Origin: a virus
Lineage: Duplodnaviria; Caudoviricetes
Length of the DNA stretch: 46,219 nucleotides
Strand: one strand, 5' to 3'
IMG/VR virus record: IMGVR_UViG_3300037350_000040
Span: 1 to 46,219 of that record
In this document: positions 1 through 7,645 of the stretch, piece by piece
How the letters are laid out: every line of letters begins with the position of its first letter
Numbering within the stretch: position 1 is the first letter of the stretch
Made by a program: the position numbers and the translations under genes
Notes under the pieces: model-generated
Database searches by the model: none
Told to the model about the DNA's origin: nothing
Seen by the model: only the letters and a program-made list of their open reading frames with translations

Positions 1-580
1 CTAGCGCACCCTCTAGCTCGGCCACTCGAACCTGCCACGCTCGCAGCCCGTCCTCGGCCTGGGCAAGGGCCTCGACGATATGTGTCAGGGCCACTCGACG
101 CTCGGTCCAGAACTCCGCTCGCTCGTAGCTGTCCATCCCGCTCAGGTCGAGGTTGTTCATCGTGTCGAACAGGAGCTGAGCCTCGTTGTCGGTCTGGTCG
201 GTCACGGCCATCCCCAGATGATCGCGGCTACCCTCTAGCTCACGGATGCGGGCTTCGGCATCAGCGGCTCGCTTCGAGATTGCGAAGAAGCCACGCGCTG
301 ATGCCCCGACCATGTACTCGTCCCGCTCCTGTTCGGCTTGGGCGAGGCGTCGCTGCCACTCGTAGCTCTCTCGCTCCATCTGCCACATCGCCTCATCGTT
401 GTTCGTGATGAGGTAGTCGTAGCGTTCGGCCTTGGTTGTCTGCTCGTCCCGTTCCTGTTCAGCTTGGGCGAGGCGGACGGTGAGGCGTTCGAACGCCTCC
501 ATGCGTTCGTGGAAGTCCTTGGGCGTACCCGTGTCAGCGTCACGCAGCAGCGCGTCCCTCACCACGTCGGAGTCGGTCAT
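1..580 (-). CDS. 5' part of modular coiled-coil protein; continues across the join into 46207-45393
   Basis: Own translation: MTDSDVVRDALL...RLAQAEQERDE (x2)...RIRELEG...RVAELEGAL. No stop before position 1, so it is absent from the ORF track. Confidence 0.8.
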   Translation of the reverse strand, partial: MTDSDVVRDALLRDADTGTPKDFHERMEAFERLTVRLAQAEQERDEQTTKAERYDYLITNNDEAMWQMERESYEWQRRLAQAEQERDEYMVGASARGFFAISKRAADAEARIRELEGSRDHLGMAVTDQTDNEAQLLFDTMNNLDLSGMDSYERAEFWTERRVALTHIVEALAQAEDGLRAWQVRVAELEGAL

Positions 581-672
581 GACGGCCACCCGTCGATGAT
601 CAACCAGAGCAGCGCCAGCGTCCCCACCACCGCAGCCACGGCGATCGCCCAATCCCTCCATCGATCCCTCAT
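577..672 (-). CDS. 31-aa single-pass membrane peptide
   Basis: MRDRWRDWAIAVAAVVGTLALLWLIIDGWPS; ATGA overlaps with both neighbours. Confidence 0.6.
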   Translation of the reverse strand: MRDRWRDWAIAVAAVVGTLALLWLIIDGWPS

Positions 673-767
673 GGCGTGACCCACCACGCCAGCCACAGAC
701 CGGCGCCGATCCAGAACCCGAAGAACATCAACGAGAGAGCGAACGCCTTCACGAACTCGTCTATCAC
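669..767 (-). CDS. Small membrane peptide
   Basis: GTG start after GATAGGG; IDEFVKAFALSLMFFGFWIGAGLWLAWWVTP; stop overlaps next ATG. Confidence 0.55.
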   Translation of the reverse strand: MIDEFVKAFALSLMFFGFWIGAGLWLAWWVTP

Positions 768-916
768 CCTGTCCCTATCCATGATCCAGAGCCTAGCACG
801 TTGGGTCCCAATGTTCCAGTTCTACCCGTTGGATCCCTAAATCCGGGTCAACAGTATCTGTATGGAACCACGGTCGCGCAGCCGCTGCCTCCGAGTCCTA
901 CGCCCTCGAGCGGCCC

Positions 917-1312
917 CTACTCCCCCTTACCGTCCCCCTCTGCGTCGACCTCAGCTATCAGACTCGCTAGCCTCTCACCTGCTCTCACGTCGACGGTCTG
1001 GGAGGGTCCTAGTCCCGTACGGTCGAGCACGGCGGTAGCGGCCCGTATCTGTGTCGGGTGGTCGTCTCCCAGCACACGGACCCTACCCTTGCGGTCTAGC
1101 TGTCTGGTCTGAGCCTCGAGGGATCGATGGAGAGCGTCGACGGCTGGGTCCTGTAGCGCGGCGAGGCGTTCCGCAGCCTTGCGCTTGACTGCCGGGGCGC
1201 TTCCGCCATGGAAGGGGCATACCGTCCCGCCCAGTATCGCGGCACGCCTACAGCGTTCCCCGCTGGTCGTGCTGGTCGCTGTGCACTGCCTGCTCGGGTC
1301 CATTCGCATCAT
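917..1312 (-). CDS. terS: Putative terminase small subunit (HGGxSTG-type Zn-binding N-terminus)
   Basis: CTATS..GERCRRAAI.GGTVCPFHGG.AP.VKRKA.ERL and C-terminal RAATAVLDRTG, typical of actinophage TerS-like proteins. Confidence 0.65.
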   Translation of the reverse strand: MMRMDPSRQCTATSTTSGERCRRAAILGGTVCPFHGGSAPAVKRKAAERLAALQDPAVDALHRSLEAQTRQLDRKGRVRVLGDDHPTQIRAATAVLDRTGLGPSQTVDVRAGERLASLIAEVDAEGDGKGE

Positions 1313-1340
1313 TCCTTGTCTCGAGCGCACCTTGGGAATC

Positions 1341-1383
1341 TGTCAAGCTTAGGGTTGACGCGAGGGCGCTTCAGTGATTGAAT
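1341..1383. promoter_or_regulatory. Divergent promoter region with back-to-back -35 hexamers
   Basis: TTGACG at 1355-1360 (+) with TTGAAT 17 nt downstream; TTGACA on minus strand at 1341-1346; lies between divergent genes. Confidence 0.5.
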
Positions 1384-1424
1384 CCCTATAGGACCGATGG
1401 GCGGTCCGTGAAGGGATAGGGACG

Positions 1425-1688
1425 ATGGCACGAGAGCTTGAGACTCAGCCGGAAGATAGAGAGCCCGTCTTCTCGGTGTTCTTCCCCGATGGAGACTCGA
1501 GCGCTTCAGTGACTGAGGCGCTTATCTCTACGCTCGGGATTGACGGCGCCGACGTGCGCTCGGCATGGCGACACTACCTCGCGGACGTTCCCGACTCCGA
1601 GACCGGATGGGAGCTCGTCACGCGGGCCGTCGTGGCTGCGGGCTTCGATGTCTACAACGGGACCGAATGGTGGGAGGCGTACCGATGA
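1425..1688 (+). CDS. Hypothetical early protein
   Basis: GGGATAGGG RBS; stop overlaps the ArdC start. Confidence 0.75.
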   Translation: MARELETQPEDREPVFSVFFPDGDSSASVTEALISTLGIDGADVRSAWRHYLADVPDSETGWELVTRAVVAAGFDVYNGTEWWEAYR

Positions 1689-2587
1689 AGCGCACACGGG
1701 AAGACATCGAGCGCGAGGTCACCGAGCGTATCCTCGAGAGCTTGCGGGACGGCACGGTCCCATGGGCGCGACCATGGTCGACGGCGGGACTTCTGCCGAC
1801 CTCGGTCGCGTCGGGGCGGCCGTATCGGGGGATCAACACTCTTATCCTCGGGTTGACGGCGCTTGAGCATGACTACGGCTCGCCGTTGTGGCTCACGTAT
1901 AAGCAGGCATCCGAGCGCGGCGGCCATATCCGCAAGGGTGAGCACGGGACCGCCGTTATCTTCTGGAAGCGCTTGCGGGTGGCCGATAGGGACCATGAGG
2001 GCGAGACGAAGGTGATACCGCTCATGAGAACGTTCACGGTCTTTAACCTCGACCAGACAGAGGGCGTCGACCTACCGCCTCGGTTCCGAGCTCTCACGGA
2101 GCGGGAGCCTGTTGACGTTCCTACGGCGCTGGGAGACATCCTCGAGGGCTATGCGGACGGTCCGACCCTCGAGCATCGGGCGCAAGGGTCCGCCTACTAC
2201 GATCCCGCGCGGGACGCTATCACCCTCCCGCCGGTCGACGCGTTCCGCGATGGGACCGCGTACGCGGGAACGGCATTGCATGAGCTAACGCATAGCACGG
2301 GCCACCCTAAGAGGCTCGACCGCTGGACGGCCGATAGCTCGCCGATGCACTTCGGCTCGGGCAAGTATGCCCGAGAGGAACTAGTTGCTGAGCTAGGGTC
2401 CGCGATGCTCGCGGCGGTCTCGGGCATCCCGTGCGAGGTTGAGCAGTCTGCAGCCTACGTCGCGTCATGGCTCGAGGCTCTCGAGAATGACCACGGTCTC
2501 ATCATCACGGCGGCCCAGCAGGCTCAGAAGGCATGCGACCGCATCCTAGGAACGACCTTCGAAGCTGAGAGCGAGGTAGCGGCATGA
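1685..2587 (+). CDS. ardC: ArdC-family antirestriction protein (ssDNA-binding domain plus zincin-like metallopeptidase)
   Basis: GTVPWARPW, GRPYRGIN, WLTYKQA..GG.IRKGE, FTVFNLDQ, HELTHSTGH (HExxH), YAREELVAELGSA, SAAYVASWL. Confidence 0.93.
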   Translation: MKRTREDIEREVTERILESLRDGTVPWARPWSTAGLLPTSVASGRPYRGINTLILGLTALEHDYGSPLWLTYKQASERGGHIRKGEHGTAVIFWKRLRVADRDHEGETKVIPLMRTFTVFNLDQTEGVDLPPRFRALTEREPVDVPTALGDILEGYADGPTLEHRAQGSAYYDPARDAITLPPVDAFRDGTAYAGTALHELTHSTGHPKRLDRWTADSSPMHFGSGKYAREELVAELGSAMLAAVSGIPCEVEQSAAYVASWLEALENDHGLIITAAQQAQKACDRILGTTFEAESEVAA

Positions 2588-2874
2588 GCGCAACGGTACG
2601 GAAGACGCTAGTTTACGACGACGTCAACTATCTGGCGGAATGCTCCGCGTGCGGATGGTCGAGACTGTACCTCGAGGAGCGTTCAGCGCTCGAGGCTATC
2701 GCGGACCACTACGCGACGCGATGCCTGCCGCGCTGTCGACACTGTGGGCGCCCGATTGAGTTCTCGCCCGAGGGTATCTGGATCGACCCTCAAGCCACCG
2801 GCGACGATTCCGTGTGGCGCGAGACGTGCGACGCTCACGACACGTTCACGGCGGAGCATGAGCCGACCGCGTGA
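2584..2874 (+). CDS. Cys/His-rich putative Zn-binding protein
   Basis: CSACGW, CRHCG; ATGA coupling to ardC. Confidence 0.65.
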   Translation: MSATVRKTLVYDDVNYLAECSACGWSRLYLEERSALEAIADHYATRCLPRCRHCGRPIEFSPEGIWIDPQATGDDSVWRETCDAHDTFTAEHEPTA

Positions 2875-2941
2875 GCCGATGCGGGCGCCTCTCGGGGCGC
2901 GCGCACGGGCGCATGAGGCGCACCGAGGAAGGATAGGGACC

Positions 2942-3205
2942 ATGAACGGGAAGCAGGCATGGCGGACCGTGAAGGGCAACCTCACGCGGGCCGAACGTTC
3001 GGGGGATCCCGAGCGGATGCTCCGCGCGGTCGCGGTAGCTCGGGCAACGTTCGATGAGGTCGGGTGGCCTGACTGGTGGGCGCGCGTCGACCGCCTAGAG
3101 ACTGACGCCCTCGGGATCATCGGCGAGCAGACTCGGGCGGAGTTCATGAGGGTATACGGAACCCTCTCCCCGAGCTACGAAGACATCGATAGGGGGAACG
3201 CATGA
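2942..3205 (+). CDS. Hypothetical protein
   Basis: GGATAGGGACC-ATG; stop overlaps next start. Confidence 0.7.
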   Translation: MNGKQAWRTVKGNLTRAERSGDPERMLRAVAVARATFDEVGWPDWWARVDRLETDALGIIGEQTRAEFMRVYGTLSPSYEDIDRGNA

Positions 3206-4029
3206 GAGCACCGAATCTGACACTTGACCTCGAGGAGCGCGGGCCGTTCCGACCGTCGGATATGACGGTCGGGCGCGCCCGAGCGCGGGCCGATGCATTC
3301 TGGCGGGACCACGGGCGCATGCGCGCGCCTCGACTCTTGAGCGCCACTGGGAAGATGCTGCATGACTCCCGAGTGGTCACGCTCGGGATCACGCTGCGCC
3401 CGGGTGCCGCATCGGGACTTGAGGTATGCACGATGCGCACGGCGGGATGCACTGCCGCATGCGTGCTCGAGACCAGCTTCCGGGGCAAGGATGCTGGGAA
3501 TCGGGATTCACGGACCCTCAAGACGTTGTTCCTATCGGCGGACCCTCAAGCGTTCATCACACTAGTGGCGCATGAGCTACGCCTAGCGGTGAAGCGTGCC
3601 GCCCGTGAGGGTAGGGATTACGTCGCGTTCCGGCCGAACGTCGCGTCCGATATCCGCTGGGAGCTTATCGCCCCGGCATTGTTCGGGATCCCGGGCGTAC
3701 GAGGCTATGACTATACGAAGTGGAATCCGCTGCGGGACCGCACGGCCCTCGAGAACTACCGATTGACCTACTCGGTATCCGAGCACCCGTTGTCGGAGCG
3801 TATCGGCGCAGCCTACGTCGCGGCCGGCGGGAACGCTGCGGTCGTGGTCAACGCTCGCAAGCATGAGGTCCCTACCTCGTGGGCGGGCGTCGCTGCGGTC
3901 GACGGCGATGCGACCGATGACCGGACGCGGGACCCTCGAGGCTGCTACGTGCTCTTGAGCGTGAAGGCTGACGGGAAGGCTGATCACACGGGATTCGTGA
4001 AGACGATTCCCCTAGTTGCCGTCGCATGA
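3202..4029 (+). CDS. GP88-like phage protein (three-Cys cluster, radical-SAM-like)
   Basis: VCTMRTAGCTAACV, RPNVASDIRWE, YDYTK, NYRLTYS, DGDATDDR motifs. Confidence 0.7.
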   Translation: MRAPNLTLDLEERGPFRPSDMTVGRARARADAFWRDHGRMRAPRLLSATGKMLHDSRVVTLGITLRPGAASGLEVCTMRTAGCTAACVLETSFRGKDAGNRDSRTLKTLFLSADPQAFITLVAHELRLAVKRAAREGRDYVAFRPNVASDIRWELIAPALFGIPGVRGYDYTKWNPLRDRTALENYRLTYSVSEHPLSERIGAAYVAAGGNAAVVVNARKHEVPTSWAGVAAVDGDATDDRTRDPRGCYVLLSVKADGKADHTGFVKTIPLVAVA

Positions 4030-4050
4030 CGGCGGAAGGGTAGGGACATC

Positions 4051-4389
4051 ATGAGTGCGGCGTATTGGATAGTTCGGCACAGAGTATCGGGCGAGGTTGC
4101 GGTGGCTACCTCGAGCAAGCGCAGCCAGCTCGGGTGGCATCGCACGATCCTCCACCGGTCGGGCGGATTCAGAATCGTGCGCGCCGACGAGTTCCGCCAG
4201 GACTGGGTCAAGCTCGGGCGCATGAGCGAGGGTGAGGTCGAGGAAGTGTGGGGGGACAGTGGCTTGACGTTCGCGGCGTACAGGTTGCGTGAGGCTATCG
4301 ACGCAACCGATGGACCGTGGGATGAGCGGGTCGTGGCTGCGGTTTACGCGGTCGTGGGCGCACTTGAGGATCCGGAGGAGGAGTCATGA
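4051..4389 (+). CDS. Hypothetical protein
   Basis: GGTAGGG RBS; operon position. Confidence 0.65.
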   Translation: MSAAYWIVRHRVSGEVAVATSSKRSQLGWHRTILHRSGGFRIVRADEFRQDWVKLGRMSEGEVEEVWGDSGLTFAAYRLREAIDATDGPWDERVVAAVYAVVGALEDPEEES

Positions 4390-4556
4390 CGTGGGGAACG
4401 TGGAACTACGGTCACCCGGTGGCGTGCGCGGGATGTGAGGCGTGCCGTCCGATGTCGGCCGATGAGCGGGAACGTATGAGGCTCGAGGCTGCGGTCCGGG
4501 TCAAGATCAAGCGCGCCATGAGGGTGGCGCTTCGAGAGGCGGGGTTGATTCCATGA
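4386..4556 (+). CDS. 56-aa protein with CxxCxxC
   Basis: Own translation MTWGTWNYGHPVACAGCEACRP...; ATGA overlaps at both ends. Confidence 0.6.
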   Translation: MTWGTWNYGHPVACAGCEACRPMSADERERMRLEAAVRVKIKRAMRVALREAGLIP

Positions 4557-4738
4557 GGCCATCGAGGAACGTGATCGAGCAGCGGTCGCGCGCCTACGTC
4601 GTGACCTATCGCGACAGCCATGGGCGCATGGCCGAACGGGTCTGGTCGACCCATGAGATGGCCGTGAAGTACGCGGCGCTCATGATCAAGGCAGGGGCGA
4701 CGGCGGTCACGGTCGACGGGAAGGCGGTGCATCCATGA
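4553..4738 (+). CDS. Hypothetical protein
   Basis: Coupled ORF in plus-strand operon. Confidence 0.6.
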   Translation: MRPSRNVIEQRSRAYVVTYRDSHGRMAERVWSTHEMAVKYAALMIKAGATAVTVDGKAVHP

Positions 4739-4980
4739 GCGCGGAGAGGATCGCGCGGGCGCTCGAGGAGGGAGAGCGCCTGCGCGCGGAGGCACGACGT
4801 CTCACGGCGATGGCGCGGGATGAACTCCGCGCGGCCGTGTGGGAAGTGGTCGAGGGTGGCTGGCAACAGGTCGAGGTCGCGCGCTATCTGAGCGAGGCTA
4901 CCGGGGAGGAGTGGTCACGACAGAGGGTGTGGGCACTGATGCATGAGCGGGACGATGAATACGAGGAGGTTGGATCATGA
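4735..4980 (+). CDS. Helix-turn-helix DNA-binding protein
   Basis: GWQQVEVARYLS....WSRQRVWALM, an HTH-like pattern after a coiled coil. Confidence 0.6.
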   Translation: MSAERIARALEEGERLRAEARRLTAMARDELRAAVWEVVEGGWQQVEVARYLSEATGEEWSRQRVWALMHERDDEYEEVGS

Positions 4981-5177
4981 CCGAGCGACCGATCATCAAC
5001 CGGCGGGACCGCGTTCGCGTTGACGAACAGAACATCCGGACGTGGTTCGGTACGGTCCTGAGCGTCAAGCCATCTCGCAAGTCAGGCTGGTGGGTCGACG
5101 TGCGCCGGGACGACGGGATGTGCATGTGCGTGCCCGCCGATCGGGTGCATGTGATGCGGGAGGCTGACGCTAAGTAA
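4977..5177 (+). CDS. Small beta-barrel (SH3-like) protein
   Basis: DRVRV...GTVLSV...WVDVRRDDG...VPADRV pattern; GAGGAGG RBS. Confidence 0.55.
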   Translation: MTERPIINRRDRVRVDEQNIRTWFGTVLSVKPSRKSGWWVDVRRDDGMCMCVPADRVHVMREADAK

Positions 5178-5183
5178 ACGCAT

Positions 5184-5220
5184 GCATGAGGCCCGGGGCG
5201 CATGGCCCCGGGCTTCGTGC
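5184..5220. terminator. Hairpin between convergent transcription units
   Basis: gcatgaggcccgggg-cgcatgg-ccccgggcttcgtgc stem between convergent stops at 5177 and 5223. Confidence 0.7.
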
Positions 5221-5222
5221 TG

Positions 5223-5366
5223 TCAGAACTTGTTCGGCCACGCCTCCACGAGCAAGCCTCCGGCGATGGCTGCGATGGCGAACGCGAGTAGGGACCCGGT
5301 TCTGATCCCATCGATGATCGCCAGGATCACGGCGACGAGGAAGAACACTACGGCGAGGATCTCCAT
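5223..5366 (-). CDS. Small two-TM membrane protein
   Basis: MEILAVVFFLVAVILAIIDG...AIAGGLLV; AAGGGG RBS. Confidence 0.7.
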   Translation of the reverse strand: MEILAVVFFLVAVILAIIDGIRTGSLLAFAIAAIAGGLLVEAWPNKF

Positions 5367-5411
5367 GCTGTACCCCTTACCCCTGGTCGGAGGATCTATG
5401 CATGAGGGAGG

Positions 5412-5507
5412 CACCGCCCCACTAGCCGAGGTCGGTGATGGGCACCGGCCCTCCGTCTGGCTCCGGGGATAGGGTACCCGGACGATGGGTTGGCTAGTGG
5501 GGCGGTG
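5412..5507 (+). ncRNA. Candidate structured intergenic RNA (three-stem junction)
   Basis: 16-bp closing stem caccgccccactagcc/ggctagtggggcggtg enclosing ggtcggtg/caccggcc and tccggg-GATAGGGTA-cccgga; G-U pairs favour the + strand. Confidence 0.5.
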
Positions 5508-5519
5508 ACATCTGTGAGT

Positions 5520-5606
5520 CTAGCGGCGGACGATGAACACGATCAACGCCGCGATGACCAGCACGATGAGCACCGTGACGAGCAACGAGCCTGACGCCGC
5601 GAGCAT
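5520..5606 (-). CDS. 28-aa membrane peptide
   Basis: MLAASGSLLVTVLIVLVIAALIVFIVRR; AAGGGGG RBS. Confidence 0.6.
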   Translation of the reverse strand: MLAASGSLLVTVLIVLVIAALIVFIVRR

Positions 5607-5618
5607 GGCGTACCCCCT

Positions 5619-5972
5619 TCAGACGATGTCTGCACGCTCCGGGCCGGCGAGGTAGACGTCGTTCATCTCCTTGGCGGTGATGGGCACGGGCTGCCCGGTC
5701 TTGCGATCACGGCGCATGTGGCGACCGGACTGATCCTTGCCGATCCCCGGCCCCAGTCCCCGGGTCGCCTCGAGCATCTGCTCCTTGGCGTCGGCTCCGA
5801 ACTGTGAGGCCACGGACTCCCTATCGTAGTACGCATGAAGCTCGGAGGTATCCATCGATGCCTTGTCGAGGGTGACAGATCCCAACCTTCGACGGAAGCA
5901 TGAGGGGCACTCGCCACGGGCTGAGCCTGAGGTTGCGGGTGCGCCACAGGCGCAGTTCGCCATAATGGGCAT
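5619..5972 (-). CDS. Hypothetical protein with N-terminal Zn finger
   Basis: CACG...CPSC. Confidence 0.65.
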   Translation of the reverse strand: MPIMANCACGAPATSGSARGECPSCFRRRLGSVTLDKASMDTSELHAYYDRESVASQFGADAKEQMLEATRGLGPGIGKDQSGRHMRRDRKTGQPVPITAKEMNDVYLAGPERADIV

Positions 5973-5975
5973 ATG

Positions 5976-6149
5976 CTAACCGGCCCGGTCCCGCGCAGCA
6001 AGGATCCTCTGGCCGTGTCTCACGATCAGCTCCTCGGGGCGCTCGAGTCCATGATGCCGGCGTCGGTACCAGTAGCATGCTGAGCAGCGGCCAGCCTTGT
6101 AGACCGCTGCCCAGCGGCACGTCATGCAGACGGTTAGGGTTGCGACCAC
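5976..6149 (-). CDS. Small C4 Zn-finger protein (GATA-finger-like tail)
   Basis: CMTC-x10-CSACYWYRRRHHGLERP; start codon uncertain. Confidence 0.55.
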   Translation of the reverse strand: MVATLTVCMTCRWAAVYKAGRCSACYWYRRRHHGLERPEELIVRHGQRILAARDRAG

Positions 6150-6523
6150 GTCACCGAATGGATGTGGCAATAGGATCCGTCGGGCACCGTGATCCGCAGC
6201 GTCCGGGCCGCAGAGAGGGGCGTCTTGACCATCCACTCCGCGAAGCAGTCGTCGCCGATCCATGTGGTGATGTCGGCGCTCACGTCCGCGAACTCGCGGG
6301 TGCCCCCGACGTCGGAGAGGAACCGGTACCGCACGAACGCCGGACCTTCAGCCCCGACCGCGCGCGTGCACTTGACGTGCAGGTCGGTGCCCTCGGTGAT
6401 GAACTCGCACGAGCCTCGGGAACCGGAGAAGTCGGCCCCGGTCCGGGTGATCTGAGCCGCCGATGCGGCGGTCAGGGACAGCGACAGCACCATGACGGTG
6501 CCGACGAACAGCAGCTTCTTCAT
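6134..6523 (-). CDS. Exported protein with Sec signal peptide
   Basis: MKKLLFVGTVMVLSLSLTAASAA; beta-rich mature part with 4 Cys. Confidence 0.75.
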   Translation of the reverse strand: MKKLLFVGTVMVLSLSLTAASAAQITRTGADFSGSRGSCEFITEGTDLHVKCTRAVGAEGPAFVRYRFLSDVGGTREFADVSADITTWIGDDCFAEWMVKTPLSAARTLRITVPDGSYCHIHSVTWSQP

Positions 6524-6933
6524 TCAGGGATCCCTTCCCCTCGTGCATGACGCCTGCCCTTGGCTGCCTCTCCCTCGGCGAGGTCGTCACGCGTGGCCGT
6601 ACGCGGGTAGCGCAGAGCCTCGAACTGCACACGCTCACGTTCGTGGGCGGTGGCCTGCTTGAGCAGGTGCTCACAGGACTTGAGTTCGGCCTGTGCTGTG
6701 TCGAGCGCCTTGGACGCACGGCCGAGAGCGCGTCGCATGGAGGCTTTGTCCTTGCCGGTGGCGATGTCCTGGGTCGGATCGTTCACGCTCGTGGTGTGCA
6801 CGTGCGCCTGATCCCCGACGGTGCGTGCATGCGCGGCGCCGTGGACCCAGCGGTACTCGAGGGTGATGCGCGACGCCTGCTCTCGTAGCTCCTTCACGAT
6901 GCGCTGGATCTGCGCCGGCGTCGGCACGCTCAT
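6520..6933 (-). CDS. Hypothetical helical protein
   Basis: MSVPTPAQ... coupled to both neighbours; GAGG RBS. Confidence 0.7.
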   Translation of the reverse strand: MSVPTPAQIQRIVKELREQASRITLEYRWVHGAAHARTVGDQAHVHTTSVNDPTQDIATGKDKASMRRALGRASKALDTAQAELKSCEHLLKQATAHERERVQFEALRYPRTATRDDLAEGEAAKGRRHARGEGIPE

Positions 6934-7103
6934 TCCTCGTACAGCCTGACCGCGTGGATGCATGGATCCCCGCCGTCGATGAACTCCTCGTCCTCTTCCG
7001 ATGTCACCGGCACCGAGTCGTGCGTGGTGCAGTACGTCGGCGAGCAGTAGCCCTGTTCGACCCCCTCGTGGAGCCACTCGATCACATTGCCCACGGACCC
7101 CAT
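6930..7103 (-). CDS. Small Cys/His acidic protein
   Basis: WL..G...GYCS..YC.THD..P...EE..E...GGDPC...VRL, a pattern seen in small actinophage proteins. Confidence 0.65.
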   Translation of the reverse strand: MGSVGNVIEWLHEGVEQGYCSPTYCTTHDSVPVTSEEDEEFIDGGDPCIHAVRLYEE

Positions 7104-7492
7104 CCCCCCCTCTTCGCCATGAGCAGCGAGACGATCACGTTCGTCCGACCGCTGAAGCAGCTGGGCGCCATGCGACCGAACCTCTTGGGTGCCCGGTAGC
7201 TGGCGAACCTCCCGGGCCACAGGTGCGGCTGGTGTTGGAAGACCCCGCATGTCCCGCTGCTCGAGTTCACGGCGCGAGCATAGAACCCTGACTCCCGGCC
7301 GGCCACGTAGAGTGCCGTGCGCCTGAACGAACCTGGCTCGTTGAGCTTGTGGCTCACGCACCAGATCGTGCGCTTCACCGCTCGGTGCCCGATCCCGAAC
7401 CGGCACTCCACGTTCTTCGCGTGCGCGTCTCCGGTCCACATCGCGACCGTGAGACAGGCCGCCATAACCCCGGTGGTGATGACCTTCCTCAT
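7082..7492 (-). CDS. Secreted lytic transglycosylase/lysozyme-like protein
   Basis: Signal peptide ending AHA; RESG (catalytic Glu), AVNSSS..CGVFQ, GWGPW. Confidence 0.75.
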   Translation of the reverse strand: MRKVITTGVMAACLTVAMWTGDAHAKNVECRFGIGHRAVKRTIWCVSHKLNEPGSFRRTALYVAGRESGFYARAVNSSSGTCGVFQHQPHLWPGRFASYRAPKRFGRMAPSCFSGRTNVIVSLLMAKRGGWGPWAM

Positions 7493-7614
7493 GCAGTCTC
7501 CTTCCGTAGGTACTCGCGCACGGACTGACGGGTGTTCAGCCAGTCGGCGTCACAGGCGTAGACCACCTCGATCCCGGATTCGGACCAAGTGATCTCAACG
7601 GGTGTTGGATCCAT
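7489..7614 (-). CDS. Hypothetical small protein
   Basis: GATAGGGAGG RBS; coupled stop. Confidence 0.55.
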   Translation of the reverse strand: MDPTPVEITWSESGIEVVYACDADWLNTRQSVREYLRKETA

Positions 7615-7645
7615 GAAGTCAGACCTCCCTATCAGACGGCTGATT

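Noticed and set aside
235-543. Listed 102-aa minus-strand ORF
   Set aside because: Wrong frame; the 580-to-1 frame has coherent coiled-coil repeats and a coupled start
1985-2015. GATAGGGACCATG inside ardC
   Set aside because: Opens only a 6-codon out-of-frame ORF; probably incidental, and not counted as a start-associated site
5412-5507. Possible tRNA
   Set aside because: 16-bp closing stem, no T-loop (TTCRA) or anticodon arm geometry, no CCA
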